From the NCBI RefSeq assembly GCF_006345805.1, contig NC_043013.1:44826001-44890000 (forward strand): 64,000 bases of DNA, given 5' to 3'. This document shows positions 12,237 to 25,949 of the stretch, one piece after another (within the stretch, counting starts at the first letter, position 1; every line of letters starts with the position of its first letter). A program made the position numbers and the translations under genes. Below the pieces are notes generated by a model that worked only from the letters and a program-made list of their open reading frames with translations, made no database searches and was not told the DNA's origin. Source of the stretch: Octopus sinensis (Eukaryota).

Positions 12237-15200
12237 CTGGTGCAGTTGTAGTCATCAGGGTAGTGGTAGTAGTTGTTGGTACTGTTGTTGGTTCTGTTGT
12301 TGGTTCTGTTGTTGGTTCTGTTGTTGGTTCTGTTGTTGGTACTGTTGTTGGTACTGTTGTTGGTTCTGTTGTTGGTTCTGTTGTTGGTTCTGTTGTTGGT
12401 TCTGTTGTTGGTTCTGTTGTTGGTTCTGTTGTTGGTTCTGTTGTTGGTTCTGTTGTTGGTTCTGTTGTTGGTTCTGTTGTTGGTTCTGTTGTTGGTACTG
12501 TTGTTGGTTCTGTTGTTGGTTCTGTTGTTGGTTCTGTTGTTGGTTCTGTTGTTGGTTCTGTTGTTGGTACTGTTGTTGGTTCTGTTGTTGGTTCTGTTGT
12601 TGGTACTGTTGTTGGTTCTGTTGTTGGTTCTGTTGTTGGTTCTGTTGTTGGTTCTGTTGTTGGTACTGTTGTTGGTTCTGTTGTTGGTTCTGTTGTTGGT
12701 TCTGTTGTTGGTTCTGTTGTTGGTACTGTTGTTGGTTCTGTTGTTGGTTCTGTTGTTGGTTCTGTTGTTGGTTCTGTTGTTGGTACTGTTGTTGGTTCTG
12801 TTGTTGGTTCTGTTGTTGGTACTGTTGTTGGTTCTGTTGTTGGTTCTGTTGTTGGTACTGTTGTTGGTTCTGTTGTTGGTACTATTGTTGATTCTGATGT
12901 TGGTTCTGATGTTGGTTCTGATGTTGGTACTGTTGTTGTTACTGTTGTTGGTACTGTTGTTGGTTCTGTTGTTGGTACTATTGTTGATTCTGATGTTGGT
13001 ACTATTGCTGATTCTGATGTTGGTTCTGATGTTGGTACTATTGTTGATTCTGATGTTGGTGCTATTGTTGATTCTGATGTTGGTACTATTGCTGATTCTG
13101 ATGTTGGTTCTGATGTTGGTACTATTGTTGATTCTGATGTTGGTACTATTGTTGATTCTGATGTTGGTTCTGATGTTGGTACTATTGTTGATTCTGATGT
13201 TGGTACTATTGTTGATTCTGATGTTGGTTCTGATATTGATTCTGATGTTGGTACTATTGTTGATTCTGATGTTGGTTCTGATGTTGGTACTATTGTTGAT
13301 TCTGATGTTGGTTCTGATGTTGGTACTATTGTTGATTCTGATGTTGGTACTATTGTTGATTCTGATGTTGGTTCTGATGTTGATTCTGATGTTGGTACTA
13401 TTGTTGGTTCTGATGTTGGTACTATTGCTGATTCTGATGTTGGTTCTGATGTTGGTACTATTGTTGATTCTGATGTTGGTACTATTGATGGTACTATTGT
13501 TGATTCTGATGTTGGTTCTGATGTTGGTACTATTGTTGATTCTGATGTTGGTACTATTGTTGATTCTGATGTTGGTTCTGATGTTGGTGCTATTGTTGAT
13601 TCTGATGTTGGTACTATTGTTGATTCTGATGTTGGTTCTGATGTTGGTACTATTGTTGATTCTGATGTTGGTACTATTGTTGATTCTGATGTTGGTTCTG
13701 ATGTTGGTACTATTGTTGATTCTGATGTTGGTACTATTGTTGATTCTGATGTTGGTTCTGATGTTGGTACTATTGTTGATTCTGATGCTTCATACGCTTC
13801 CACCGTTGATTCTGATGTTGGTACTATTGTTGATTCTGACGTTGGTTCTGATGTTGGTACTATTGTTGATTCTGATGTTGGTACTATTGTTGATTCTGAG
13901 GTTGGTACTATTGTTGATTCTGATGTTAGTAGTGATGTTGATTCTGATGTTGGTACTATTGTTGGTTCTGATGTTGGTACTATTGTTGATTCTGATGTTG
14001 GTTCTGATGTTGGTACTATCGTTGATTCTGATGTTGGTACTATTGTTGATTCTGATGTTGGTACTATTGTTGATTCTGATGTTGGTACTATTGTTGATTC
14101 TGATGTTGGTTCTGATGTTGGTACTATTGTTGATTCTGATGTTTGTACTATTGTTGATTCTGATGTTGGTTCTGATGTTGGTACTATTGTTGATTCTGAT
14201 GTTGGTACTATTGTTGATTCTGATGTTGGTTCTGATGTTGGTACTATTGTTGATTCTGATGTTGGTACTATTGTTGATTCTGATGTTGGTACTATTGTTG
14301 ATTCTGATGTTGGTTCTGATGTTGGTACTATTGTTGATTCTGATGTTGGTACTATTGTTGGTACTATTGTGATTCTGATGTTGGTTCTGATGTTGGTACT
14401 ATTGTTGATTCTGATGTTGGTACTATTGTTGATTCTGATGTTGGTACTATTGTTGATTCTGATGTTGGTTCTGATGTTGGTACTATTGTTGATTCTGATG
14501 TTGGTACTATTGTTGATTCTGATGTTGGTACTATTGTTGATTCTGATGTTGGTTCTGAAGTTGGTACTATTGTTGATTCTGATGTTGGTACTATTGTTGA
14601 TTCTGATGTTGGTACTATTGTTGATTCTGATGTTGGTTCTGATGTTGGTACTATTGTTGGTACTATTGTTGATTCTGATGTTGGTACTACTGTTGATTCT
14701 GATGTTGGTTCTGATGTTGGTACTATTGTTGATTCTGATGTTGGTACTATTGTTGATTCTGATGTTGGTTCTGATGTTGGTACTATTGTTGATTCTGATG
14801 TTGGTACTATTGTTGATTCTGATGTTGGTTCTGATGTTGGTACTATTGTTGATTCTGATGTTGGTACTATTGTTGATTCTGATGTTGGTTCTGATGTTGG
14901 TACTATTGTTGATTCTGATGTTGGTACTATTGTTGATTCTGATGTTGGTACTATTGTTGATTCTGATGTTGGTACTATTGTTGATTCTGATGTTAGTAGT
15001 GATGTTGATTCTGATGTTGGTACTATTGTTGGTTCTGATGTTGGTACTATTGTTGATTCTGATGTTGGTTCTGATGTTGGTACTATTGTTGATTCTGATG
15101 TTGGTACTATTGTTGATTCTGATGTTGGTACTATTGTTGATTCTGATGTTGGTACTATTGTTGATTCTGATGTTGGTTCTGATGTTGGTACTATTGTTGA

Positions 15201-16867
15201 TTCTGATGTTGGTTCTGATGTTGGTACTATTGTTGATTCTGATGTTTGTACTATTGTTGATTCTGATGTTGGTTCTGATGTTGGTACTATTGTTGATTCT
15301 GATGTTGGTACTATTGTTGATTCTGATGTTGGTTCTGATGTTGGTACTATTGTTGATTCTGATGTTGGTACTATTGTTGATTCTGATGTTGGTACTATTG
15401 TTGATTCTGATGTTGGTTCTGATGTTGGTACTATTGTTGATTCTGATGTTGGTACTATTGTTGATTCTGATGTTGGTTCTGATGTTGGTACTATTGTTGA
15501 TTCTGATGTTGGTACTATTGTTGATTCTGATGTTGGTTCTGATGTTGGTACTATTGTTGATTCTGATGTTGGTACTATTGTTGATTCTGATGTTGGTACT
15601 ATTGTTGATTCTGATGTTGGTTCTGATGTTGGTATTATTGTTGATTCTGATGTTGGTACTATTGTTGATTCTGATGTTGGTACTATTGTTGATTCTGATG
15701 TTGGTACTATTGTTGATTCTGATGTTGGTAGTGATGTTGATTTTGATGTTGGTACTATTGTTGGTTCTGATGTTGGTACTATTGTTGATTCTGATGTTGG
15801 TTCTGATGTTGGTACTATTGTTGATTCTGATGTTGGTACTATTGTTGATTCTGATGTTGGTTGTGATGTTGGTACTATTGTTGATTCTGATGTTGGTACT
15901 ATTGTTGATTCTGATGTTGGTACTATTGTTGATTCTGATGTTGGTTCTGATGTTGGTACTATTGTTGATTCTGATGTTGGTACTATTGTTGATTCTGATG
16001 TTGGTACTATTGTTGATTCTGATGTTGGTTCTGATGTTGGTACTATTGTTGATTCTGATGTTGGTACTATTGTTGATTCTGATGTTGATTCTGATGTTGG
16101 TACTATTGTTGATTCTGATGCTTCATATGCTTCCACCGTTGATTCTGATGTTGGTTCTGATGTTGGTACTATTGTTGATTCTGATGTTGGTACTATTGTT
16201 GATTCTGATGTTGGTACTATTGTTGATTCTGATGTTGGTTCTGATGTTGGTACTATTGTTGATTCTGATGTTGGTACTATTGTTGATTCTGATGTTGGTA
16301 CTATTGTTGATTCTGAGGTTGGTTCTGATGGTGTTACTATTGTTGATTCTGATGTTGGTACTATTGTTGATTCTGATGTTGGTTCTGATGTTGGTACTAT
16401 TGTTGATTCTGATGTTGGTACTATTGTTGATTCTGATGTTGGTTCTGATGTTGGTACTATTGTTGATTCTGATGTTGGTACTATTGTTGATTCTGATGTT
16501 GGTACTATTGTTGATTCTGATGTTGGTTCTGATGTTGGTACTATTGTTGATTCTGATGTTGGTACTATTGTTGATTCTGATGTTGGTACTATTGTTGATT
16601 CTGATGTTGGTTCTGATGTTGATTCTGATGTTGGTACTATTGTTGATTCTGATGTTGGTACTATTGTTGATTCTGATGTTGGTTCTGATGTTGTAGTTGT
16701 GCTATTGTTGACACATGCTTCATACGCTTCCACCGTACAGTTCTTAAGCACTTTGTCAAACGCTTTGCCATCGCCACAGCTTCGATTATGATACCTTGTA
16801 CCATTGTAGCATATATCTACTTTGGTGCAATCTCCTGTAACTGGCGGTTCATTTTCTGTGCAATCGG
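12237..16867 (-). CDS. Giant exon: CBM14 module 2 followed by ~1,490-aa PTS mucin repeat domain (1-nt frameshift at ~14370)
   Basis: ttttttcag|CC GAT TGC... gives (A)DCTENEPPVTGDCTKVDICYNGTRYHNRSCGDGKAFDKVLKNCTVEAYEAC (6 Cys), then TSESTIVP/TSEP repeats, then TTEP/TTVP repeats; ends ...TTAP G|gtaaat. Length 4631 nt is one short of a multiple of 3. Confidence 0.88.
12270..16692 (-). repeat. Coding VNTR built from 12-nt units (TTEP/TTVP array 12270-12880; TSESTIVP/TSEP array 12880-16692)
   Basis: Plus-strand units ttggttctgttg, ttggtactgttg, ttgattctgatg and ttggtactattg repeated hundreds of times. Confidence 0.97.
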
Positions 16868-18189
16868 CTGAAAAAATTAATCATAATTTTCAAATAAGGA
16901 GATGATGCGAGGGTTATGCTTGTGGTATAAACTACTTTAAATTAAAGTAGGAACCTATATAATTGCAAAGTCGCAGACACGCGCATGCGTATACACCCAT
17001 GGGGTTTCTTGTACGTATATTATTATATATATTCCACTCCTGATGCAGAGCTACTAGATAATTACTTCTAAGTAAATTTCAACTTCCGCACTCCTGTTGA
17101 GTTCCTCTCCCCGCCTATGTTACGACCCTCACCAGAATTTACTGGTACGTAAGAACTAACTCAGGAGAACACTTTCACGCGGTACCTTACAAGATTAACC
17201 ATTGCATGTCGTAATATCCTATATGGCCCTCTTGTAAGCGGAGATATGGATTTGAAGAGGTGCTTGAGTCATACTTAGTCGTTAAACCAAGTGTACATTA
17301 TTTAGGATCTTTGAGAATTAGCTTACATCTTGACATGAAATGACCTGAGTTATTCCAGCACATGGTTTCGGCTCTCAGAAAATTCTTGAGAGTTTGCATA
17401 TATTTGCACCTCGGAATTTAAGACAAGTAATAAATTATTTGACAGGATTCTAATCTATTCGCTTATTATCACCAGATAATATCTCCCTGCGACATAGACA
17501 TTTTTTTCACGTGTTGGAGCCCATAACCTTTGCAAACTCTCCAAAACCAGTGAGTTTGATGATCTTTAAATTCCGTTCAAACTATGGCAGATCGCACATC
17601 TGCAAGAAAGAAATGAACAGGGGAGAAGATTGAACTGTATTAACACGTGGCTGGAACTCATTTTCAATTGGTCAGACTGAAATAATCCGAACTAAAAACA
17701 ACAAGAATACAAAAATAAACGAAAAATTAACTCATATATCTTAGAAGAATACGAAAATAACAAAGGACGAGAATGGCGAAAAAATTAACAATGAAGTCTT
17801 TCAAGAAGAATGAAAGAATAACAAACTGGAGACGACTGTGCAAGGTGCAATGTTAAGAGGAAATGAGATTATGAAGGTGGACGTTAAGCGTTGGTCAGTT
17901 GCAAAACGGATAGCAGAATTAGGATCAAGTGTAGACATAAAGGCATTGCAGGAAGGTTAGAATCAAACCGTGGAAAGAGACAGGCAAAAGTGAGAATGGA
18001 AATGCAACGGAGGACGAGAAACCGAGGAGACGGAGGTCCGAAAAGAGAAAGAGGGAGATAGAGAAGATGAAAGGGTTATTAGTTGAGAGAAGGGGTAGCG
18101 GATATAGCTAAGATATAGACATACTAAGGGAGACAAAAAATTTGCGTCGTGTTCCCATCAACTTAAAAGAAAAAATTTAAGCACAGATA

Positions 18190-19260
18190 ACAACTAAAAC
18201 ACACAGGACATGATACAGACATAAAATTACATCAGCTGTTAAATAAAGGTTATACTGCTGGAAACTAATCGAACTCTCGGAAGAAAATGACTTGTTGATA
18301 TTCAGCACGACTTCTGCCCGGTATGAAATGACCTCATACAGCTACTCAACCAATCAAACGTGGATGAGGTATAACTCGACTTGGCAAAGGTCTTCAATAA
18401 AGTTGACCATGAAATGAAATGTCAGAAACTGGATGATCTCGCTCGAGATAAAAAAAAAATTAGGGAAGAGGCTACATGATACTTTTAAGAGGTGGGAGTC
18501 AGGTTGTTGCAGCCAACGGTGTTCTTGGAAAGAAAAGGACAATTCTGAGTTACGTCGCTTGAAGTACTGCACTGGAGCCGTTGCTGTTTGTAGTGGCTCT
18601 ACCCAGACATACTCTTAATTATACTAACAGCCACACTCGCAATGGGGACGATACGAAAGTATACAAGGCGGTGAGCTTGCAGAGACGTTAGCACGCCGGC
18701 CGAAATGCGTAGCCGTATTTCGTCTGAGCTACGTTCTGAGTTCAAATTCCGCCGAGGTCGACTTTGCCTTTCCTCCTTTCGGGGTCGATTAGATAAGTAC
18801 CAGTTACGCACTGGGGTCGATATAATCGACTTAATCCGTTTGTCTGTCCTTGTTTGTCCCTTCTGTGTTTAGCCCCTTGTGGGTAGTAAAGAAATAAGTA
18901 TACAAGTCAATCAAGGAGCAACTCCGCTCTTATCAAAAGCCGACAGCAGGATGAAGATTACGACGTGAAAATTAATGATGGAAAACATCGTAGTCAAGAT
19001 ATGAAAGACCGGAAGAGATTGCAATCCCCGAATTCATATATAGTGGCATTACCAAATGGGATGATACAAGTAACGGCGCATTTTATGCACGTAATGAAAA
19101 TACGGATGCAAAGCGCTGGGGACAGGCAGAATGGATTCTGAGATTATTCGGAAACAGAAAATAAGAAATCATGTTGTTCCTGTGGAAGAGATGTTCAAAG
19201 CCGTCGTGGAAGCTGCCCTTAACTATTGTCGCCACATAGTGTTAAACTAACAACGAAATT
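18190..19260 (+). mobile_element. Degenerate CR1/L2-type RT fragment with nested SINE
   Basis: Decayed QHDF, (Y)LDLAKVFNKVDH-like and TVLEPLLF motifs. Confidence 0.45.
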
Positions 19261-19269
19261 TAATGCTGC

Positions 19270-19580
19270 ATCATCAGAATTGCTTTAATGCAACAGATGA
19301 GTTACTTTCACAATGATCATTACCGAGTTTACTCTTGTTTATAGATTTTGAGTTGAGATAATCTCTAATTCTCTGTTTATTATGTGCTACTATAATCTCA
19401 GCTAAATTTCTAGTGGTTGAATATGAAAACTTTATACTATGCCGATTAAATAATTTCTCATATTTACTTGAAAATGGGAAATAATTATCTAGTGCAGCAG
19501 AGAATTTTCGAGGAATATTAGTAGCTATTGAATATGTGAATGGCACGTTATACCAAACAATATTCCTTGATTTATTCTTC
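19270..19580 (-). mobile_element. Penelope-like element RT/GIY-YIG linker fragment
   Basis: RNIVWYNVPFTYSIATNIPRKFSAALDNYFP...KLFNRHSIKFSYSTTRNLAEIIVAHN matches the typical PLE motif IIWFNPP..TNIG..F...IFNRNTVKVSYS. Confidence 0.7.
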
Positions 19581-19664
19581 TATTATTTATATTTACGTTT
19601 TTCTTAGTATTAACATTATTAATATTGGATTTTTTCCTATTGTAATTTTTATTCTTAATTTGTT

Positions 19665-19985
19665 TATTATTATTATTATTCAGTAGTTTTATTTTTATAG
19701 CGTGCTTTCACTTCACTACCGAGCGCAGCTCTATGTGCCTTGGGTATGTGTTGTGATTTGTTGTGATGCTCTGATGGTTACTGTATTGAAAGTGTTCTGC
19801 GTAGGATGTGTGCAGTGCCTAGTAGTGCAATTTTCTGTATGTTATATGTGTTTGTAAGTCCTGGTGTTTTTGTTATGTATTTGTCTGAATATTTTTTATC
19901 ATGCCTAATGCACCTACTATGATAGGAATTGTTTCTGTTTTTAGATTCCACATTCGAGTTACCTCTATTTCCAGATCTTTGTTTT
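19665..19985 (-). mobile_element. R4/Dong-type LINE 3' fragment
   Basis: Same 3' end as 3655-3970 (ttattattattcagtagttttatttttatagcgt); bounded by (ATT)n. Confidence 0.8.
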
Positions 19986-20000
19986 TTTATATTATTATTA

Positions 20001-20049
<49 letters not shown>

Positions 20050-21112
20050 GGAATTTCCAATTGCCTTAAGCAGTCTTGAAGTGTCAATGGGCTCGAGCCC
20101 AACGCTCCGATCACCACTGGTATCACTTTTACATTACTCTCTCGCATTCCATACAGTCTTGCCATTTCCATTTTCAATTCGGAGTACTTGGTGATTTTTT
20201 TCCAACCTCTTTACTCACATTACATGTCATTTGGTATGGTTACATCAATGATCTGACAGTATTTGTCTCTCTTACTCAATATGACAATATCCGGCCGACG
20301 GTGCTTGATTACACGATCTGTCTGAAAAATCATAGTCCCAGAGTATCGTTACTTTTCCATCCTCCTGCATAACTTGGTACATGCTCATGCCAGTTCTCTG
20401 TTACTTCATATTGGTATTTACAGCATAAGAGCCAATGAAGACGCGCACACACTTTATCGTGGCGGCGTTTGTATTCTTTCTGTGCAAGGCTCTCACATCT
20501 ATTTATCAAGTGGATCACATTTTCCATACTCTTTTTACAGAGTCCGCATTTCTAGGTATCAGAAGTTTTATAGATGCTATACTTCACTGAAGGCGCATGG
20601 CTCAGTGGTTAGAGCGTCGAGCTTACGATCGTGAGGTTGAGCTCGAATCCCGGACCGGGTTGCATGTTGTGTTCTTGAGCAAGACACTTTATTTCATGTT
20701 GCTCCAGTTCACTCAGTTGTGGAAATGAGTTGCGACGTCACAGGTGCCAAGCTGTATCGGCCCCTTTGCCTTTCCCTTGGATAACACTGGTGGCGTGGGG
20801 AGGGAAGGTCAGTATGCATGGGCGACTGCTGGTCTTCCATAAACTACCTTGCCCGGACTTGTGCCTCGGAGGGTAACTTTCTAGGTGCAATCCCATGGTC
20901 AGTCATGACCGAAGGGGGTCTCAGCAATACTTCACTGAATTGGTAGCGAGAGCCTGGTCTTGTGCAGCAATGATCAGGCTTTCGTGGTACACTTCAAATC
21001 ACCTCGCTCAAGTCATACTCACGATGCTGTATTATCCTTAACGTCCTGTGCATTCCTTTCAAACTGTCCATGCATTCTCATTTCAAGGTCTTCTTTTCTC
21101 TTCTCCTCAACT
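20050..21112 (-). mobile_element. R4/Dong-type LINE fragment interrupted by a SINE
   Basis: ENVIHLINRCESLAQKEYKRRHDKVCARLHWLLC (zinc-knuckle/RHD motif); flanked by (ATT)n. Confidence 0.75.
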
Positions 21113-21759
21113 GATTATTATTATTATTATTATTATCATTATTATTATCATTATTATCATTATTATTATTATTATCATCATCATCATCATCATCATTATT
21201 ATAAAATGAGAAAGCAGCGCATGCCATCAAAGAGACACTGGGGTCCAATTATACGAAGCCCAATACACTCTCTGATGGCTACCCACTGATAAGGGTACAC
21301 AAGGCACATACATCACAACCATATGTGTGCGACATGGTGATCTCATATCAAGATAAACAATGCATGGCCCTGAATTGGGGCTCAATTAGAATTCTCTTCA
21401 TGCCCCCCACCCCGCTCAAAAGGTCTCTGAATAAGGTTTCTTTAAGGATGATAAACAAAACACACATACTTCCAGAGGTGAATTATTCAAGCATCAAAGA
21501 ATTCCTCTCAACACATGGCTATGATGCTCCCCCACTACATCTGCTCGTGATCAGAGATGCACATATCGTCAGCCCCTAAGGGACATGCTCAACTGGTTAT
21601 GGTCAAACAACTAACAAGCAAATCTGTGGTATTGAGTAGAATATTTGTTGTAGCCCATCTTTTACACTTCCAATCTAGTTAAGATCAAAAGCCATCAGAG
21701 CCACTGCCTGGCACCCCATCAAAGCATTATTATTATTATTGTTGTTGTTGTTGTCGTTC

Positions 21760-24700
21760 TGAAAGACTCTCAGATAGTTCTTAGTTACCGTTTATAATTT
21801 ACTTGAAAGCAGGCAATAACAGATCACCAAAGGTTTCAAGTAATGCCTTCTCTTGTGACTCAAAGCGACAATACTTTCCTTAGGATGCGACCTGTACACA
21901 ACCATGCTCTCTTCTGGATCACCTCGAACCTGACAGCAGCTCCAATATTCTTAATATGTTTTCCAAAGCTCTTGGAAACTGCTCCTAATGCTCCAATTAC
22001 CACCGGTATCACCATTACTTTCCTCATGCCCCATAACTTTCCTATCTCGTCACGCAACGGCTGCTATTCCACAATCTTTTGTTTCCTTACATTTCCCCCT
22101 TGAATCGCCTGGTATTGCAACAGCTATTATCTTTACTTCTTTTTCATGTTTATGGATGAACACGATATCCGATCGCCTTGCCTCTATGACTTGGTCGCAC
22201 TGCATGTTAAAATCTCAGAGTATTTTGTAATGCTCGTTTTCCATTACTCCCTCTGGCTTATGTTCATACCATTGTTCGGCTCTCTCGTGGTTTACTTTAC
22301 CGCACAACAGCCAGTGGACATATCTGGCCACATTGTCGTGTCTCCTTTTGTATTCGTGTTGTGCGAGCTTACAGCACTCACTAACAATATGGTTTATATT
22401 TTCTCCCTTCTCAGAGCACATCCTACACTGTGGCGAGTCAGTACTTTTATCAATGTGACATTTGGAGTAACTTGTTCTGAGAGCTTGCTCTTGAGTGCTG
22501 CACACTAACGCCTCAGTGGGCCTTTTTAAGTCCCCTTTCTGCAACCATTGTCAGGTTCTATTCCAATCAATCTCATCTTCATTCTTCAAGAACTGACTGT
22601 GCATTTTCTTGTCCTGCCAAATTTCCTTCATCTCCTCTCTTTGGTCTTTCTTAAATTGTGTTGTATCTACGGATTTTTAAGGTTCTCTGCATTATCACTG
22701 CTTCGATAAGGGTACTCCCTTTGACATACCAAGCCAGGCTATTCTCCTTTTCTCTTACACAACTTTCACAACACACCAATCCCTGTCCTCCTTCTTTCCT
22801 CTTTACATACAACCTTGACACATCACTCTTGGGGTGTAGTTCCTTGTTCATTGTCATTAATTTACGTGTTCTCCGGTTTGTCTCTTGTAATTCATGCTTC
22901 TTCCAAGATACTATTCCTGTCCCGTATCTCATCAAAGCAACTGCCCACGTGTTAATTGCTCTAATGTTATAGCAGCCATTTAGATGTCTTGCAAACAACT
23001 TGCACATGCAAGTGCTACCAGTTAAAAGCTCCGTATACCGGAAGCTAGCAAGTGTATGGGGTCATCATGAGAGAATGCGTGCCGTTTCGGGGCCTACCTC
23101 TCGACGGTATCAATGCGCACCGGCCCCCCTCACTGATATGAGGCCCCGCTTGCTAGATCAGCTGGTTATGAAGAACTCAATATACTTCTAGCACAAACCG
23201 AGTTCTCAAATACTCTTTCCTGTACATTTCTTCCATCTTGTGTTCGTTCATCTAATTTCTTTCAACGATACCCATATATTCTGCCTCTCCGACTTCCTTT
23301 ATAGTTTCACCACTTTCCAACTTGATCCCATTGCTTTTACTGATTTTCTCCCTTTCGAGAATCATTACATCACATTTCTCGATCCCAAATTCCATGCCAA
23401 TGTCTTTGCTAATCATCTGCACAGTTGCCGTCAAACTCTCAGTTTTAGCGAATAGCTTTAGGTCATTCATAAACCACAGGTTGTTTACTTTCACCCTGCC
23501 TAGCATGTGCCCCACACATATATTTCTTAAAACGCTCGTTAGTGGCAGTATGTAGACAACAAATAAGGGAGGCGACAGACTGTCCCCTTGAAAGATTCCT
23601 CTTTTGATAGTTACCTCTCCCAGTTTATCTCCCCATGCTGTGAGTTCAGCTCGCCACGTTGTCATTGAGTTTTGAATTAACTTCAGGATATTGTGGGAGA
23701 CCTTAAACAGTTTAAGGCATTCAATAATTCACGAGTGAAGGACCATGCCCTATACTTTCCTGTAGTCTACCCATGCCATCGCCAAATTTTTGTGTCTCTT
23801 CTTGCAGTCAGCCAGGATAGTCTTATCGATTAGTAATTGATCCTTCGCTCCTCTGCTCTTACATCTACCATCTTTTTGTTCCACTGGTAGTAGGTCGTTC
23901 TCATCTAGATTCTGTTTGATATGATGCCCGTCTTCAGTTTCCACATCAGTGGCACACAAGAAATTGGTCGGAAATTTCCAACCGCATTCCCTTTACTTGG
24001 GTTCTTCTGGCATAGAACCGTTCTTCCTTTTGTCATCCATACCGGTACTTAGATGTCACTACTCGTATTTCGTCCATCTGTCTCGCAATTCTTTTGTGAA
24101 GAGCTGTCATGATTTTAAGCCAAAAACCCTGAACCCCATCTGGGCCAGGCGCTTTCCAGTTGGTAATTTTCCTGCACTGATCTTTAATCATCTCCTCGGT
24201 TATTCTTAAATCCTCCTACTGATACTCTCCACTCTCCTCTTTGAGTGTCTTTAACCACTCTGCTCCAGTTTCGTGTTGTTTCTCCTGAGATCATATGTTT
24301 GACCAGAATCTTTTGCTTTCTTCAGCATCCGGCACGGCTCTTTCACCTTTTTCTTTCCCATCCAGTTCCTGATAGACTCGTTGCTGATTTTGTTCGAAAG
24401 TCTGTTTAATCTGCATTGCACAATTCTCTCTTCATATCTCTTTAGTTTATGTGCTTTAGCTTTCAACCTCTTCTTTAATTCCTCAATCACAGCATTGATT
24501 CTCTTTCTCTTCCCCCTATACTTCCTTTCTAGCTCAACATATTTCTTTCTCTGAACTTCATTTCTTTTTTTTTTTTTCCATTCCAAAATATTAACGTTTT
24601 CTGGTCTCGTTAATAGACTGCGTTATTCTCCTTTTCCACCATGGTTCCTTCAGGTTATGTTGACATTTATCTTTGGCTTTCACACCAAACTTCCGGGCTA

Positions 24701-25400
24701 TAAAGATTGAGATTGCATTTTATCAGATTGATGGCGTCTGTGATGCTATCAGTCCTTATATCACCAGTGAAATCATTTATCTTCCTGATCCATTCATCGA
24801 GTTTCTGTCTACTTTTTAAACCCCTATGAAAGTTCTATTCACCAAAGGTCCAAATATCAATGATTTTATTTAAAATGAATATCTGTTCCTCGTTCTCTCA
24901 TCGCTTTCCTGATCAATAATCGCAGCCTCATGCTCATTTTCTTCCTTTAACTCTACAGCCATAGTTTCACTATCTGCATTCATTCCTCCTCCGTCCGTTC
25001 ACCGCTGGTCTTACTATCCCTAAGCACCCTGCTCTTACTACTTTCTAGTTCAACTGGAGATAACCATTCATTCTTCCTGGTGACTCTAGCTTGGTCACGC
25101 AGATTTTGTTCACTTAAATCAAATAGGCCCCTCTCGCTCCAAGCCCTATGCATTCTTTTTCTATATCCCCTAGCGGGTACTTCTTTATCATTTCTCCAAT
25201 TATCCAGAAAGTAGCACCCCATTACAACCACATTCATTGCTGTTGTCCATCTTCTTTTAGCAATTGCTTGATGACGACTGGGCCCACGCTGCTCACCCGT
25301 GGGGCACCCGCCAGGCGAGAGACCTTCACAAGGTGTTCCAGATTCATTCACGCCGTTCTTATTTCTACTTTTATTTGACATTTCAGCACTCATGATGAGG
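21760..25400 (-). mobile_element. Degenerate near-full-length R4/Dong-clade LINE (RT + RLE)
   Basis: Fragmented ORFs: [81 protein letters not shown]. Confidence 0.88.
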
Positions 25401-25479
25401 GTTAGTGAATTTTAGGTTGCGCAACCACCAGTACTTCTTTTTATTTTCAGTGACCCCATCACTAGCAGGATCTCTACCC

Positions 25480-25780
25480 TAGGATATAGGGGAAAAGGCC
25501 GGATTGTTTCTCGTGTGGAGAAACGACTCACTTGCGAGCTCACTGCCCCCAACTGGTACAAAGTACAAAGGGTCAAAAGGCCTCCACCGCTGCCTACGCC
25601 GGGACGAGGACCACAAACAACACCAGCAGCAACATCAAAGACATTAACCACCCTTGGGGGAACAAGAAAAGCTCTCCCAACCCCTCACAAAATATATATA
25701 TATATATATACATAAACAAGATTATAAACATACGCACAGACACAGACACACGGCAACTAACTCTTCATCTTCCAGTAGTG
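25480..25780 (+). mobile_element. LINE ORF1/gag-like fragment with CCHC zinc knuckle
   Basis: CFSCGETTHLRAHCP (CX2CX4HX4C); homologous inverted copy at ~40490-40790. Confidence 0.55.
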
Positions 25781-25949
25781 AAGATCAAGGAAAACCAAAA
25801 GGTAAAAAAAAAAAAAAGAAAGCACAGAAGAAAAACTCCATGAAGCATAACAGAAACAACAACAAGACCATCACCACTACAGTCAAGCAAACGAACTAAA
25901 CAACACCAACACAAAACACCCAACACCGTACTCAAGACAACGAAGAACT

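Noticed and set aside
12227-16696. 1489-aa and 699-aa plus-strand ORFs (VVGS / LLILM repeats)
   Set aside because: Antisense shadows of the mucin VNTR; the repeat lacks stops in these frames, and splice sites and the Cys domain support only the minus strand.
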